The notes beneath the pieces were generated by a model. The model did no database searches. It had not been told where the DNA came from and saw only the letters and a list, made by a program, of their open reading frames with translations. This document shows, piece after piece, positions 42,301 to 53,800 of a DNA stretch of 64,000 nucleotides (positions are counted from its first letter, which is position 1; each line of letters begins with the position of its first letter). A program made the position numbers and the translations under genes. The stretch comes from Gnetum montanum (lineage: Eukaryota; Plantae; Gnetophyta), in assembly GCA_015680685.1 (NCBI GenBank), contig MNCI01000405.1, forward strand, positions 9,624-73,623, given 5' to 3'.

Positions 42301-44357
42301 CGGTCTGCCTGAAGAAAGGCGTTCGCTGCATCTTGAAGGCTGTTGGAATGTAAAGGAGCTTGCCCTGTGTAATCTTCATCATCTGGTAACGCTGAATCTC
42401 AGTTACTGTTACAATCTTCCAAAGTTACCCGACAGTATAGGCAGTCTTTCATTTTTAGAAGACCTTTCCTTGATTTGGTGCTTGAATTTAGAGGAGGTGG
42501 ACCTCATTGGTAACTTACAGAATCTAAGATGGCTAAGAATTATTACTTGCGTTGCTTTGAAAGAATTGCCGTCTTGCATAGGGAATCTTTCTCGACTAGA
42601 AGAGTTAATTGTGGTAGATTGCTGGATGATGGAAGTAATCCATACGCAGGCATTGTGTAGTCTTAACTACCTTGAGGTATCTGGTTGTGTTAAGCTCAGC
42701 AGAATTGTTGGGCTTTCACACCTTTCCAGTCTTACGGTTCTGAGAATTCAGGGGTGTTTGAACCTGAGACAAATGATGGTAGGCCCACGGCGTTTTAACC
42801 AGTTGAATGACCTCGACATCACCAGGTGTGACCGGTTAGGTGATTCCCAACTCTCACTTGACCCTGACATTTTCAACGAATCATACAAGGAGGACACCAA
42901 GGTAACAAGCACTTGTATTTCTAAAATTAACTCTGCATCTTATTCAATTTTGTTTGTAATGCCTATGCTTGCATTTAGTATCAAAGGCGTGTACATATAT
43001 ATGGTTTATTAATTATTATCCTAAATGTTATGCTTATTTACGTTGAACTCAGACCTTCGAAGAGGTGTTGGAGGGCTCGTTAAATGCAACGTACGAGGGC
43101 AGTGGAATATTTAATGTGAAAACGAACCCGATGTTGCCTTTAGTCGTGGAACAAAAAATCAAAGACTTGATTGGCTGCCAAGATATGTGCTGCTTCTTTC
43201 ATAAACTTCCACTCCGTGTCCACCGTAGACATGTCATTTCCCTTCCATTTATTCCACACGCGGTGGTGTTATGTCTTATCTCATCAGTTTACACTGCTGA
43301 GACTCCAAGACATGTTCCCCCGGTTAAAACCAATTTTTTTCTCTCCACTGATTATAAACATTATTACCAAGAAAATCGTCATCATCCTTGTTACAAACGT
43401 TATTATCATTACAAGTTGTATACAGGTCCCGGCGCAGAGTACAATTTTAGGCGTTTTGATTGCGGGGAAGAAATCCACTTCGCTGTATTACCCTTTGGCG
43501 TAGAAGGGGACATTAAAAGTTGTGATGATGACATCTGCGTTAACATATCAAAGGGCAAACTTATGATTGATGGTGATTATGATTATGATTACGAGGACAT
43601 GAACTTTTGTCACGATCCAAGCTACGACGCACTTGTAAAGGAAGCACTTGTAAAGGATGGATGGATGGTTTATCTAGGTTACGGAAAAGAACACTTGGCA
43701 AAACAGATCCGTGACATCTGTTATTCTGAATTCAGGAAGCAACGTTCCATGTCTTGCGAATGGACTCAACTGCCTTCTCAGCTGCATATTTATGAATTTT
43801 CAGCACTTGACATTGCAGGTTGTCAAATAACCAAGATCTCTCGTCATGGCAACACTTGTATTATGGTAAACATATACCCATTTGTTTTATTCTTTTAACA
43901 CCTGATGATGAATAACAATTATCTGACTGAACCTTTTAACCAGTATACTTGCATTAAGGTTGGCTTCTGATGTTTTAAACAGGAAGAAGAGTCCGGTTTG
44001 ATATGGAGTAGAAGACGGTGCCTTTTCATGGATGATCATGCGTTGCTACTTTATCACCCAAAAGGCAGTGAACATCGCTTTCTTGCGTATCCTGGGATTG
44101 ACCGTGACCTAGAAAGAGTCGTGGCTTATCTGTATGAAATGTCAATCTCCATAATAGCGAAAGGTGAAGTGGTGTCTGCAAGAAAATTCCAACAAACTAT
44201 TCCAATAACCGAAGAAGAAATTCCTCCTCAACTAAGTACTCTGCTTCAAGGACGAGACTTTCATTCTTCATCAGAAATCATGCTTGCGGGGAAACTCATG
44301 ATGCTAGAGAAAGTGAAGAAAAAATCTTTTTACTACAAAACCGAGGCTGGAAGTTGA
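28902..44357 (+). CDS. TIR-NB-ARC-LRR (TNL) immune receptor, 7 exons, ~1804 aa, with N-terminal tandem-repeat region and long post-LRR extension
   Basis: Exons 28902-30358, 31101-32232, 32619-32763, 32868-33019, 41561-42901, 43053-43865, 43983-44357 total 5415 nt, all GT-AG and in frame with no internal stop; TIR, P-loop, kinase-2, GLPL-like, MHD and LRR motifs all present. Confidence 0.88.
29001..29892 (+). repeat. coding tandem repeat of 33-nt and 30-nt units (EPLHLGTGSSY, SQFLQPxPxL, EPLHLGxRPFS)
   Basis: About 28-30 units readable in the protein; near-exact 30-nt duplication at ~29025-29080. Confidence 0.9.
31101..32232 (+). CDS. TNL exon 2: NB-ARC domain
   Basis: Acceptor TTTTTACAG; GIPGIGKTT, LLVLDNI, IIIVTCR, CKGIPLVL, CLFLDVATFF, GMHDVFVDLG, PGRRSRVW; donor AAG|GTATGA. 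Confidence 0.95.
32619..32763 (+). CDS. TNL exon 3 (NB-LRR linker; absent from the ORF track)
   Basis: TTTCAG|GTKKVKALCLV...WHADAFSKMSSLEILILHGHCIE; donor G|GTATT, phase 1. Confidence 0.88.
32868..33019 (+). CDS. TNL exon 4 (first LRR; absent from the ORF track)
   Basis: GDLSRLSRRLLWLKWTNFPLHQIPRTLCLKHVRVLHVCGESLIHLWEHSQR, the typical LxWLxWxxFP...LW motif; donor GTGAGA. Confidence 0.88.
33300..34900 (-). mobile_element. highly degraded copia-like remnant in intron 4
   Basis: Minus strand ~33730-33790 reads QLDVT..FKHGE (RT-like), VAQ motif near 33995; boundaries uncertain. Confidence 0.35.
35831..39352 (+). mobile_element. internally deleted Ty1/copia element in TNL intron 4, sense orientation
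   Basis: 5' LTR (5'-truncated, internally duplicated) ends TCTACA at 36546; PBS TGGTATCAGAGC (tRNA-iMet) 36549-36560; KLDDRG..GYDS, LHQMDV, KLNKALYGLK, LYVNDL, MKDLGELKYFL, KSKHIDIKYYF; PPT GATGGGAGGA; 3' LTR 38634-39352; gag, PR and most of IN missing. Confidence 0.88.
39752..40525 (-). mobile_element. Athila-family solo LTR in TNL intron 4
   Basis: TGATGAG...GTATCA flanked by perfect 5-bp TSD GTCAT (39747-39751, 40526-40530); homologous to 1-634 and 60709-61594; CpGs retained. Confidence 0.9.
41561..42901 (+). CDS. TNL exon 5: LRR domain with internal island
   Basis: Acceptor GAACAG|EAPSNLREL; repeated LxxLxLxxCxxLxxLPxSxG units; donor AAG|GTAACA. Confidence 0.9.
43053..43865 (+). CDS. 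TNL exon 6: post-LRR domain (possibly C-JID-like)
   Basis: Acceptor CTCAG|ACC in frame with ORF 43065-43898; donor ATG|GTAAAC. Confidence 0.75.
43983..44357 (+). CDS. TNL exon 7: C-terminal extension
   Basis: Acceptor AAACAG|GAA in frame with ORF 43998-44357; ends TGA. Confidence 0.7.
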   Translation, partial: EEESGLIWSRRRCLFMDDHALLLYHPKGSEHRFLAYPGIDRDLERVVAYLYEMSISIIAKGEVVSARKFQQTIPITEEEIPPQLSTLLQGRDFHSSSEIMLAGKLMMLEKVKKKSFYYKTEAGS

Positions 44358-44889
44358 AATGATGGAAGCCACAGGTAAAAACTTGATAACCCTCTTCTCT
44401 GGCTGAAAATTAGTTTTTTATGGCTTCCTGTGATTGATACATTCTTGTTTCAAATGACATAAAGTTTAATGAATGTTTGCTCACAAATACGGTCACAATC
44501 AGCATTCGTTTCTTTCCCCTTTGATTATCTTTTTCTGCACATTATTTCTTAACCTCCCATTTGTTAATCATGGTATTTTTCTATGTCAAATAATATCATT
44601 CTTTAACTAATGATTATGGCTCAAATTATGTATGCTATTTGATGAACAAATCAAGAGTCTTACCACTAAAATCAAACCCATGACAATATTGGGTTATAAA
44701 ATTATGATTGGACTATTACATCTTGGGGTGTAACTATATTACAATTATTATAGGGTTTTAACACCGCTTAATTTGATAAGTCAAGTTATGGCATCAATTA
44801 TGGTGGACAATATTGAGTTATAAAGTTTTAATTTGACTATATGTTTTAAGGGAAAATACACTTAAAAGGGACAAGGATTGGTAAAAGTA

Positions 44890-45062
44890 AAATAGATTAG
44901 ATAGATTGCAGTTTTAATGGAAAAGCAAGCAACATGGAAAGAAAGATTAGAATCCAAAATGAAGAAGTTTTTCAATATAAGTAATTTAGATACTTAGGGT
45001 CTCTAGTTCAAGTGGATGGCAAAATTAATAATGATGTGAAAAACATAATTGAAGTAGGATGT
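44890..45062 (+). mobile_element. RTE-clade LINE fragment
   Basis: 44985-45062 translates FRYLGSLVQVDGKINNDVKNIIEVG, matching the RTE RT C-terminal FxYLGS...DG...DV...I..G motif. Confidence 0.7.
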
Positions 45063-47334
45063 CTTTGAAACCTTTAATTCATTTTATTACTCTCTACTCA
45101 TCACCATGTGTGGAAGCAAGCTAACATACACAAAATTAGAATACAATGTTAAAATTTGAGAAGCACAGTGCCTGAGACTTAATGAGGATTGAAATTATAA
45201 CTGAAATGTATAAGATAATGGTTAGATTCAAAGTTCAGGGAATAAACAATTGAACAAAATGATGCTTGGTATTTGTTAGGTGTTAAAGTGAATACTTGAC
45301 TTTGTATTTTATGAAGAGGATATGTTTCCTTAGTTAACCATTTAACATAAATTGTTAAAACAAAACAAGCTGGAAACAAATGATAGCATGCCTTAAAAGA
45401 AAAACATATTTAGTGTGATCCATAAGAAGAGTTGGATGTTTTAAACATAGAATTGAGAAATTGTTTAATTGAAGCATTTAACCATGAAAGAGAACTTATC
45501 ATCATATATAAAAATAGAAACTTTATGACAAGAAAATGGTAGTTTTTTTTACTCCATAGCAAATAAGCCACAAATATTTTCAAGGAAGAAACATTCTTGC
45601 CTCACCAAAAAAAAGCAAAATTTGGGAAACATCTTCCAAAGCAAGTTACAATAATGGGTTTGAGGTTGTGCTTTAGGTCAATCTAGGATGCCCTTCAAAT
45701 AAACATGGAATTTTTCTCAGCAAATCCAAGGGATTTATACACAAATCTACATACCTATTCAACCAACAGAGATCAATAACAATAGGCATATTTGTTCTCC
45801 TTGAAAAGGTGGAATCCTTACTACTGTAAGTGAACTTATAGGCTTCAATTTAGAAAAAATACCAATGTCAAACAAAGCTTATCTATTTTTCTTAAAGATA
45901 GCACTGTCCTTGAATCTTGTACATATAGAGATAGAAAGCAATTTGATTTCCCTTTCCAAAAGGAAACAAGTTCAAAGAAGTTGGATGTACCTAACGTTTA
46001 CAACATAATTTAGACTTTTTCTCTTTAGTAAATCAAGTTCACAATAACAATAATATTACCTAAACTTTGTATACCTATTGACACTCACTAATGCTTCTTT
46101 AACTACAAATAATGCTTGCAATCACCATTGAACAAGAAAGGAAGCTTTGTGACAAAAGTTCAAGCCTTTAGGAAGCACCATTTGAGGGCAAATCCTAAAT
46201 CTGCAATCAACTCACCTTAGAAAAAGGAGAAAAAACTAGCTAATAGTACTATAATAAAAACACTGCTCAATCAATTTTGAAAAGGAAATTATTGAATATC
46301 AAGATATTAAACATAAATGAAAAGGTTAGGAAAACAAATTTTTAGCTTGTTGAATAAGTAGCAAAGACCACTTTTGGAAAAAAAAATTGGCCAGTTTTAA
46401 TGAAAGTGGCTAAACATCACATAATTTTTAATTAGTGCAAATAACTATTTGTTGCCCTATCAACCTAACTGCTACAATGTGAAGTGACATCAAATAAACT
46501 TTCTTCCCCTCAAAATATTCTCTTTATCATAAATTTTTTATCTAATAGATCCTTTGGGTCTTTTTCCAGTTTTGTTCCAGTTTCCTGGTTCTACTATCAA
46601 AAGCTTATATGTGAAGGGCCTCAAAAATGTTGAAATTAATAGTCAAAGTGAATTTGAACAACATTAAATATGGTCTAATGATAATTGTTAAATTTTGGTG
46701 AATAGATTATTGATGCATATAGAAAATCAAAGCAACATTCAATTAGATAATGCCACTCTTAAAAGGAATTGACACTTTTTATTGATACATGTTGATTTGG
46801 AAAACAACATACTACATGGATCTTTCGTTGGAACCTAGAAATAAATTTAATATAGCTACACCCCAAGATCTATGCAATTAGAACTTTAAGAGGGTAGAGG
46901 GGGTGTTAGACCCCAAAAAAATCAATCATAATATTAAAAAAATTTAGAGTACATTAGATCATTTAAGAGGAAGTCTAATGATAAAGCTCAATAGATTTAA
47001 GGATGTCTTTTTAGGTTTTTGTCCTTACAATCAATCCTAAGAAATCTCTCCTCTCGGTTAGGAAAAGTATTAGGCCTTGTCCTTATTCAAAAGCACCCTC
47101 ATGGGCTTTCACTTCTTACTAAAAGATTTCTTGTAAAGAGAAGGAACAAACTCTCTCTATAGAAAAAAGAATACGTCAATTAGAGATAAAGAGCAAATAG
47201 GAACAAAAGCTAAAAAACTTGAACCTTCAATAAAAAGAAATTAATATTGTAGGAAACAAACTAATTGATCAGTTTTTATGGAGAGCTTTTTTTCTTGAAG
47301 TTGTAGCTAAATCAAACTTTATAACTTAGCATTA

Positions 47335-47398
47335 TCCACTAGAATTGAACCCATGACTTAGAACTTTTAAATCAAAAGTCTTACCACTAGGCTAATAC
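47335..47398 (-). mobile_element. tRNA-derived SINE-like remnant
   Basis: Minus strand TAGCCTAGTGGTAAG (A box) ... GGGTTCAATTC (B box); related to the 6752-7000 copies. Confidence 0.5.
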
Positions 47399-48610
47399 CT
47401 CACTATTAGTCAAGGATGATTATAATTGAATGTAAATGCCTATACAAGTTGCCCTATAGAAAGTGTACAAAATTATTTTTATTTCAACAACTATTGATTA
47501 TTTCCTTAAAAAATTAGTTGTAAGAGATTAATGGCTAGCCTAAGCAAATATTGATATGTTGCAAAATGAATATTTGAGGGAAGGAAATGTGATAGAAAAT
47601 GGGCAAAAGAATGCATCTCTTAAAAAAGAGACAAATTAATTTGGCTGCAAGTGATGATGCTTAGCAAGTAGGTGTGAAGATAGTACAAAAATGTATTGTT
47701 AAATCACATGTGTGGCTACATTTTAAAGTCACTTTATTATTATATTTTGTTAATGCTTAGGTTGAATTTTGTTTTAAACCAACCTATGTATAGGTTAGCT
47801 CTATTAAAGTCCTTTACTACAATTCTACATTCCCAAATTTGATGATATAATAGTTGTAGACTTTCTTGGTGTAATGAGATGTACTTTGACAGCTTAAATC
47901 TTACATTCAGATTAACCTATTGTAGGCTAGAGGACAAGTCTTACTTCCAATGTAATCCTTTATAGGTGCTTTTAGCATGTTTGCTACATTCACTACTTCA
48001 TCTCAAATATCTTGTGTAACAAAATAGATGAAGCAAAGCTTTCCAAGTAATATGAGAACTCTCTTAATTAAAATAGTGTTAAAATTTAAATTCACAAAAC
48101 CATCATCAATAATATCAAAATCCATTTTAACTAGTTATGAGTGAACCTTATCATTTTTTAAAACAACTGAAAAGGATTTTGTTATCAAATTTAGATATGA
48201 AATAGAACTAAGAATTTTCTTCATGTGATCTTTGAGATCAATCAAAAACCTAATAATACCTATTATTGCAAGGACTATAAATTGAATCAATGCATAAATG
48301 ATGTCAAAAAGGATGATGAAATATCCCAAGCAAAAGTCAAAACATAATCTCCTCTAATCATAGAAAAACAAGTTGTTGGATGCTATTTTCACCTATTTAT
48401 GGATGCTTCATGTTTTAGTAAAATTTAAGTTTATTTTAGGGGAAGCATACTTCACCTTTCACATGCCTATAGGTATCAGAATAATTATTTATAGTCTATT
48501 TTTTCTTAAATTTCAAAGAGCTAAAACCAATACAATAATGAGGAAAGCCTACCAGCATTGACGATTATGGAAGGCTAAGCATAGAACATATTGTGAAATG
48601 GTTGTTATGT

Positions 48611-49752
48611 TGTCACTCTCATACCTTGAATTTGTAATATATATATTGAAATAAAAGAAATTAAATCTAGAGAAAATCGCAACATTTACATTGCTTTTTG
48701 ACTAAATGCTTGTTTAAATCTAGGTAAAGAGGTTTAGTACCTAAACTCTTTTAACAAGCAAGTGGATGCTTACCCTAGGTTCATCGATCCATTTTAATAC
48801 GTTGCTACAAAGACTTTTAAAATCACTTTTCATACTTTAACAATGAGCCATATTTCACTTGTTTAAATCATGCAAAATGTTAATGTGTTTTGCATTTACT
48901 TAAGTTATCTTGGTTGCATATTTTCATCCTATAAATAGTCAATAATTTAGGGTTTTAGTCCCTCTACCTATTCATGTCACTTGTGATTGTTCACGTTGTT
49001 AAGTTTTGAGTTTTATAATTTATAACGATAAGAGTAGGTAAACATAGTGTTGTTTTTAGAGTCGATCTATCCAAGATCAAATAAGGTATAGTCAACTAAT
49101 CCTTGAGGAAATTCAATAACAGAATCCAAGATAGGTGAAAACTTTTTGGACCAACAACTCTTTTAAAATGGTCAATTCTATAACAACTCCGGTTAATCTA
49201 TTTCCTTGAAATTTTGTGGATATCATGGTTTTTGATATTCATTATGAATTTTATCTCATGGATTTTAAGATGATATTTTATGTAGCATGTTGTCCCATCC
49301 TATAGCTTGTTTAAGTTGCACTACATTGGTAGGCTCTACTAGAAGGTTTTTGACCCTTCATGCATGTTCATATGTAGATTTAGGTGGCAGAAGCTAGGAG
49401 CTTAATGGTGATGGGGCTTGATTGATGGAATTTATTTCCTATATTCTCACATTTAGTTTTCTTTTGAGATTTCATGCATTAATGGTTATGATGTAATGAG
49501 ATGATGAACCATGTTATTAACTCTTTGAGATTATAGTTATGTTATGATTTATGAATTATATTATGAGCACTCCAATGTGGATATTCTATTTTACCATGCA
49601 CTTTGGTTTAAGTTTTATAATGCTTATGGGTGATTCTTTATTATGTTTATGAGCATTATGACATCACATGCCCTAAGCATAAGGTTTGTGTAATTTAATC
49701 ATGAATAATTTTATGAGTTACATTATGGGGTATGACAAGTTGGTATCATAGC
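48611..49752 (+). mobile_element. degenerate Tekay/Del-like LTR with PBS
   Basis: TGTCA (48611)...GGGGTATGACA (49737), then TGGTATCATAGC (tRNA-iMet PBS, 49741-49752); no recognisable coding region after it. Confidence 0.5.
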
Positions 49753-50192
49753 ATGGTTTTAGATCAATGGTTAGAGTTAGTTTTTGCGAATGCTTTTAAG
49801 GTGAAAGGAAAGTACTAATGTAAGTTCCAAGAAAAAGAAACAAAAATTGCTTCAAACAATGGTGAAATTTTTGAGCAATGGAAGCAATGAAGGTGGAGCC
49901 TCAAGTGACATTATTTATTGCTTGTTTTCATTCAAGATAATAATTAGGCCTCTCACTTAAGTTTAAAATTTAAAAAGGTCATAAATTTTGAGAAGAGTGA
50001 ATATAAGTTTTCTTTGATGAAATGTATTGATATAAATTAAGTTTCCATCATAATATATCATATTTTTCTAATGAAAGTTTTACAAATGATGTTCAATTTT
50101 CTATCCTAAATTAGTTTTTTCAATCAATGTGCTCCTATAAATAATCATCATTAAGAGACTCCATGCTTATCTTGCCAAGGTATGATCCTAGA

Positions 50193-50317
50193 AAGGTTAA
50201 TGAAGAAGTGAAAACCTAACCTCTTTTAAGTAGTTGTACCTAGGCTTCAACCCAAGGTTAATGAAGAAGTGAAAGCCTAACCTCTTTTAAGTAGTTGTAC
50301 CTAGGCTTCAACCCAAG
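50193..50317. repeat. 61-bp tandem duplication
   Basis: AAGGTTAATGAAGAAGTGAAA...GGCTTCAACCC repeated at 50193 and 50254 with one mismatch. Confidence 0.9.
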
Positions 50318-50864
50318 TCTTAAAACCTAAGAAACAAACATCTTATAATTAGTGTACTCATATAAATCTATGAATTGTATGTAGTTATAATTTGGTAATT
50401 TATTCATTTATTTCTTAATAAAAAGGTAGCGAATAGTTATGTGCTTAAGTAAGAGTCTTGAGATAGATATATCCTTAAATGGTGTTTGCAAATAAGATTT
50501 TTCTAAAGATGATGTTTTTGCTAGACTACATAATTGTTTAATGGATTCTCAAGTCCCAAGTTTAATAAATACATCCAATTTTAGTAAAGACATTACAAAT
50601 TCTCTATTGTACATATGTTTATAAAATGTAACATGATAATAGTTACTTTAGTAACAACTAGTGTGTCTACTTTTATGGAGATTATGCAATTGTAGTTAAA
50701 GCATTGCATTATGTATGCATAAAAAATTCAAAATTGATTTTAATGAGATTTTTGTTGAATTGTTTGTTTTTACCATAGTATCTTAACTTAATTATTAAAT
50801 TCAATTTATTTTTAATATATCATGATTAGTCTATTCCATAGGTAATCAATGAGAAGAATACTAT

Positions 50865-53800
50865 TGATGAGCAGTGAGCAGTTCCTACTCCCAACCATAT
50901 GAATCACTAGCATTTACTAAGCAATCTAGCCAATTTTCATAGCCTTTAGCTATCTAAGTACATTGGGTCTAGGTAGTGAATTCAATAGATGTGATTGTTG
51001 TCTTCTTAATTTCACTTGTGAAGTGTAAGTGAGGCATATGATTTTTATCATTTTATGTTTATTGTTTAAATCACCTAAGTACTAAAAATAAAGTATTTAA
51101 ATGCTTAATTAATCTAATAACTAATTAATGTTTAACTAGTCCTAATGTAAGCATTTGTTCCCATTTACCATACACATCCTGAACCACATTGTAACGTTAT
51201 TGGGTTACCAAGCGTTAAGCGTCACTAGGATTACCAAACGTTAACGTATGCTTGAAATGGCTGTACTCATGTGCTTTAATTATTTGAATTTAATTAATTA
51301 AGTAAATGAATTAAAGTAAAGTGCATGAATAATAAATGCATTAAATAAACATTAAGCTAAATCCAAGTGCTGTAAGGTTTATGAAGAAAGCTCATCTTTA
51401 TCACCAATCACACAGAGGTGTTCAGGTACATCAGTGCTCGAATAAAGATCCATACACTTCTCACCCCTACTACAGGCACTTAGAAAATATTTTAACTTTC
51501 AAATGAACAAAATGCAAGAGCTTCACTAGGATACTAACTAATGGATGCCATAAATGAGACTGGTGTGTGCATTTATATAGGTGACAGAAGACACTACATC
51601 AATGTGTATGTGTCAATGCATCAAACCCCGCATTGATGGGATCTCATTGACTTAGCCCATGGACATGATTCATCATACATCCATGACTAAATGAAAACTA
51701 GTCCTTGAGTGAACAAAAAGAGGAATAAGTTTTTTACAAAATTTTGGAAAGGTATGGGATTATTGACTAATTAATGACACATAAATAAATACTAAGTGCC
51801 CAACTGTATAGATTTACAATCATTAGAAAATTTGTTGTTCACAACAAAAAAATTAAACACCGTGATAAAAATTGATAGCACAAATCCTTTGGTGGCTTGA
51901 AGATGAGGAAGAAAATCAGACAATCCCAAGTAATGGAGGTTCTTGATATGTCCAAAGACCTTCTCCTACCTCTAGTGCATGTAGTTGCTATGGTTAAGGC
52001 TATGATTGTGGCTATCTAGCTATAGTTGCAACTATTGGTAAAAGACGAAAAGCATCTAGCAATGCTTTCATCTTTTCCTCCTTACTCTAGGGATCATACA
52101 TGGTCCACACAGCATCACTAATGTGGACCAATATAGGAACATCCCATGGATAGGGAATTGTAGGGAAAAACTCCTTCACATTGATGAACTAGGCTACAAA
52201 TTGCTTCCATTCAATGTCAAATGCTTTCATAGCATTTTGTAGCTCCTAGTAGTCATTTAACCTTCTAGCCACATTCTCAACTATGGATCTATGATAAGTG
52301 AAGTGTTTCCTAGGAACACCAAGTTCAAAATTCATTGTTTCAAGCTTATGGTTGGTCTTCTTATGGTGCTTGAACTCTACCTTGTACAACAGGTACAAGC
52401 TGGCCACTTGCTTCTCCAAATTTGACCACAACCTTTTGATAGTAAGCATTGCCACGTGTGCATAGTGAAGGTTGGTGAACTCTATGCACTTTGTCATTTC
52501 ATAGATCTATAGCTCTTTGAGATGGATTTTATCCTTGTTGTATTCATTTGGTCCATTAAAGATGGGTTGCTATACATCACTTCCTTGTTGGAGGTATTAG
52601 AGGGTCTCTTTCACCTTCACATTTGTTAGTTGGATGTGTTTCTCATTGATCTCCTTGTACAAGCTGACATGGTCCCTATAATGGTTCTTAACCTATTTGA
52701 ATTTTAGGGACTTGTTCTTTTAAGTAGCGATTTCAATTATAGATCTTTGGTGAAGGATATGGACCTCTTCCATTGAGAGATTATAGTTTTCAACTACCAG
52801 TCTCCTCAAATCTATTGTCATCTTGGCAAGTTGCTCTTGCTACTATCTCATGTATTCAACCATTTGCTCCTTCTGGAGCTTGAAAATATGTAGGCAATGA
52901 TTGTTCTTAGTTAAATTTTCATTCTCTCGGTGAACCTCCAACAAGTCCTTCCAAATGTTGTAGACAGTTGCATCAACTAAGGACTAGTCAAAGATCACTG
53001 ACTCCTTGGCATACTTATCCTCTTGGAGTTTGGACTAAAGCTACTGACAAGCTTCATCCCTGGTTATTTCTTGGCTTAGTATTATGGAATTAGTAAGGCA
53101 GGATTTAAGTTTTGCAACCTCCACAACCAAGCATTGATTTTCAGCTCTGGCTATTTCAAGTTGAGCCTCTATGATGATGCACTTGCTCCTTGCCTTCAAC
53201 AGTGTCAACTGGGTAGTAGCGATGTCATCCAAAAGGTCAAAGACCTCTAGAATTGGTTTTTGGATTTCTACCAGTTGTTTCAATATTTTCTTATGCTAGG
53301 TTGCACTAAGTCTCCCACTAACCATTCTTGTAGACATTTGCACATCTTTGAGTATAGCACTTTCTGGCATAGATGCCGTAGAAAAATTTAGAGCCTTGCC
53401 TAGTTGGTCTGCCGCCACCTCAGCTATCATTTCTTGCCCTATTACCAAGACAATCATCCCATCACCTTCCTCCAAGTGCACTTGGAAGGTAATGGCATTC
53501 CTATATATTTCTAGGAATAACTACTATTCTAGAATGAATATCGTCACCTCTTGGACATTTAGATTCAAGTGTATGGATGCCTACATTCTTCTGGTAGTGA
53601 AAGTTAGCATCACGTCCTCCAACTAGCTTATTATATGAGTTACTTCATTCAAATGGCTTAAGGTTGATCAATAGATAGATGGGTCACCACTTGGACCAGC
53701 TTGCTACTATTGCAAGAGTTGTTCTCAGAGCTTTTGCATATGCTCCATGGTAGCACATGCCTTTGGCATTGCTTCATGAGTGGGTGGTTGTGGTGGCTAC

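Noticed and set aside
45150-46620. Possible L1 LINE remnant on the minus strand
   Set aside because: Only weak AFD- and RQG-like traces; too degraded to call
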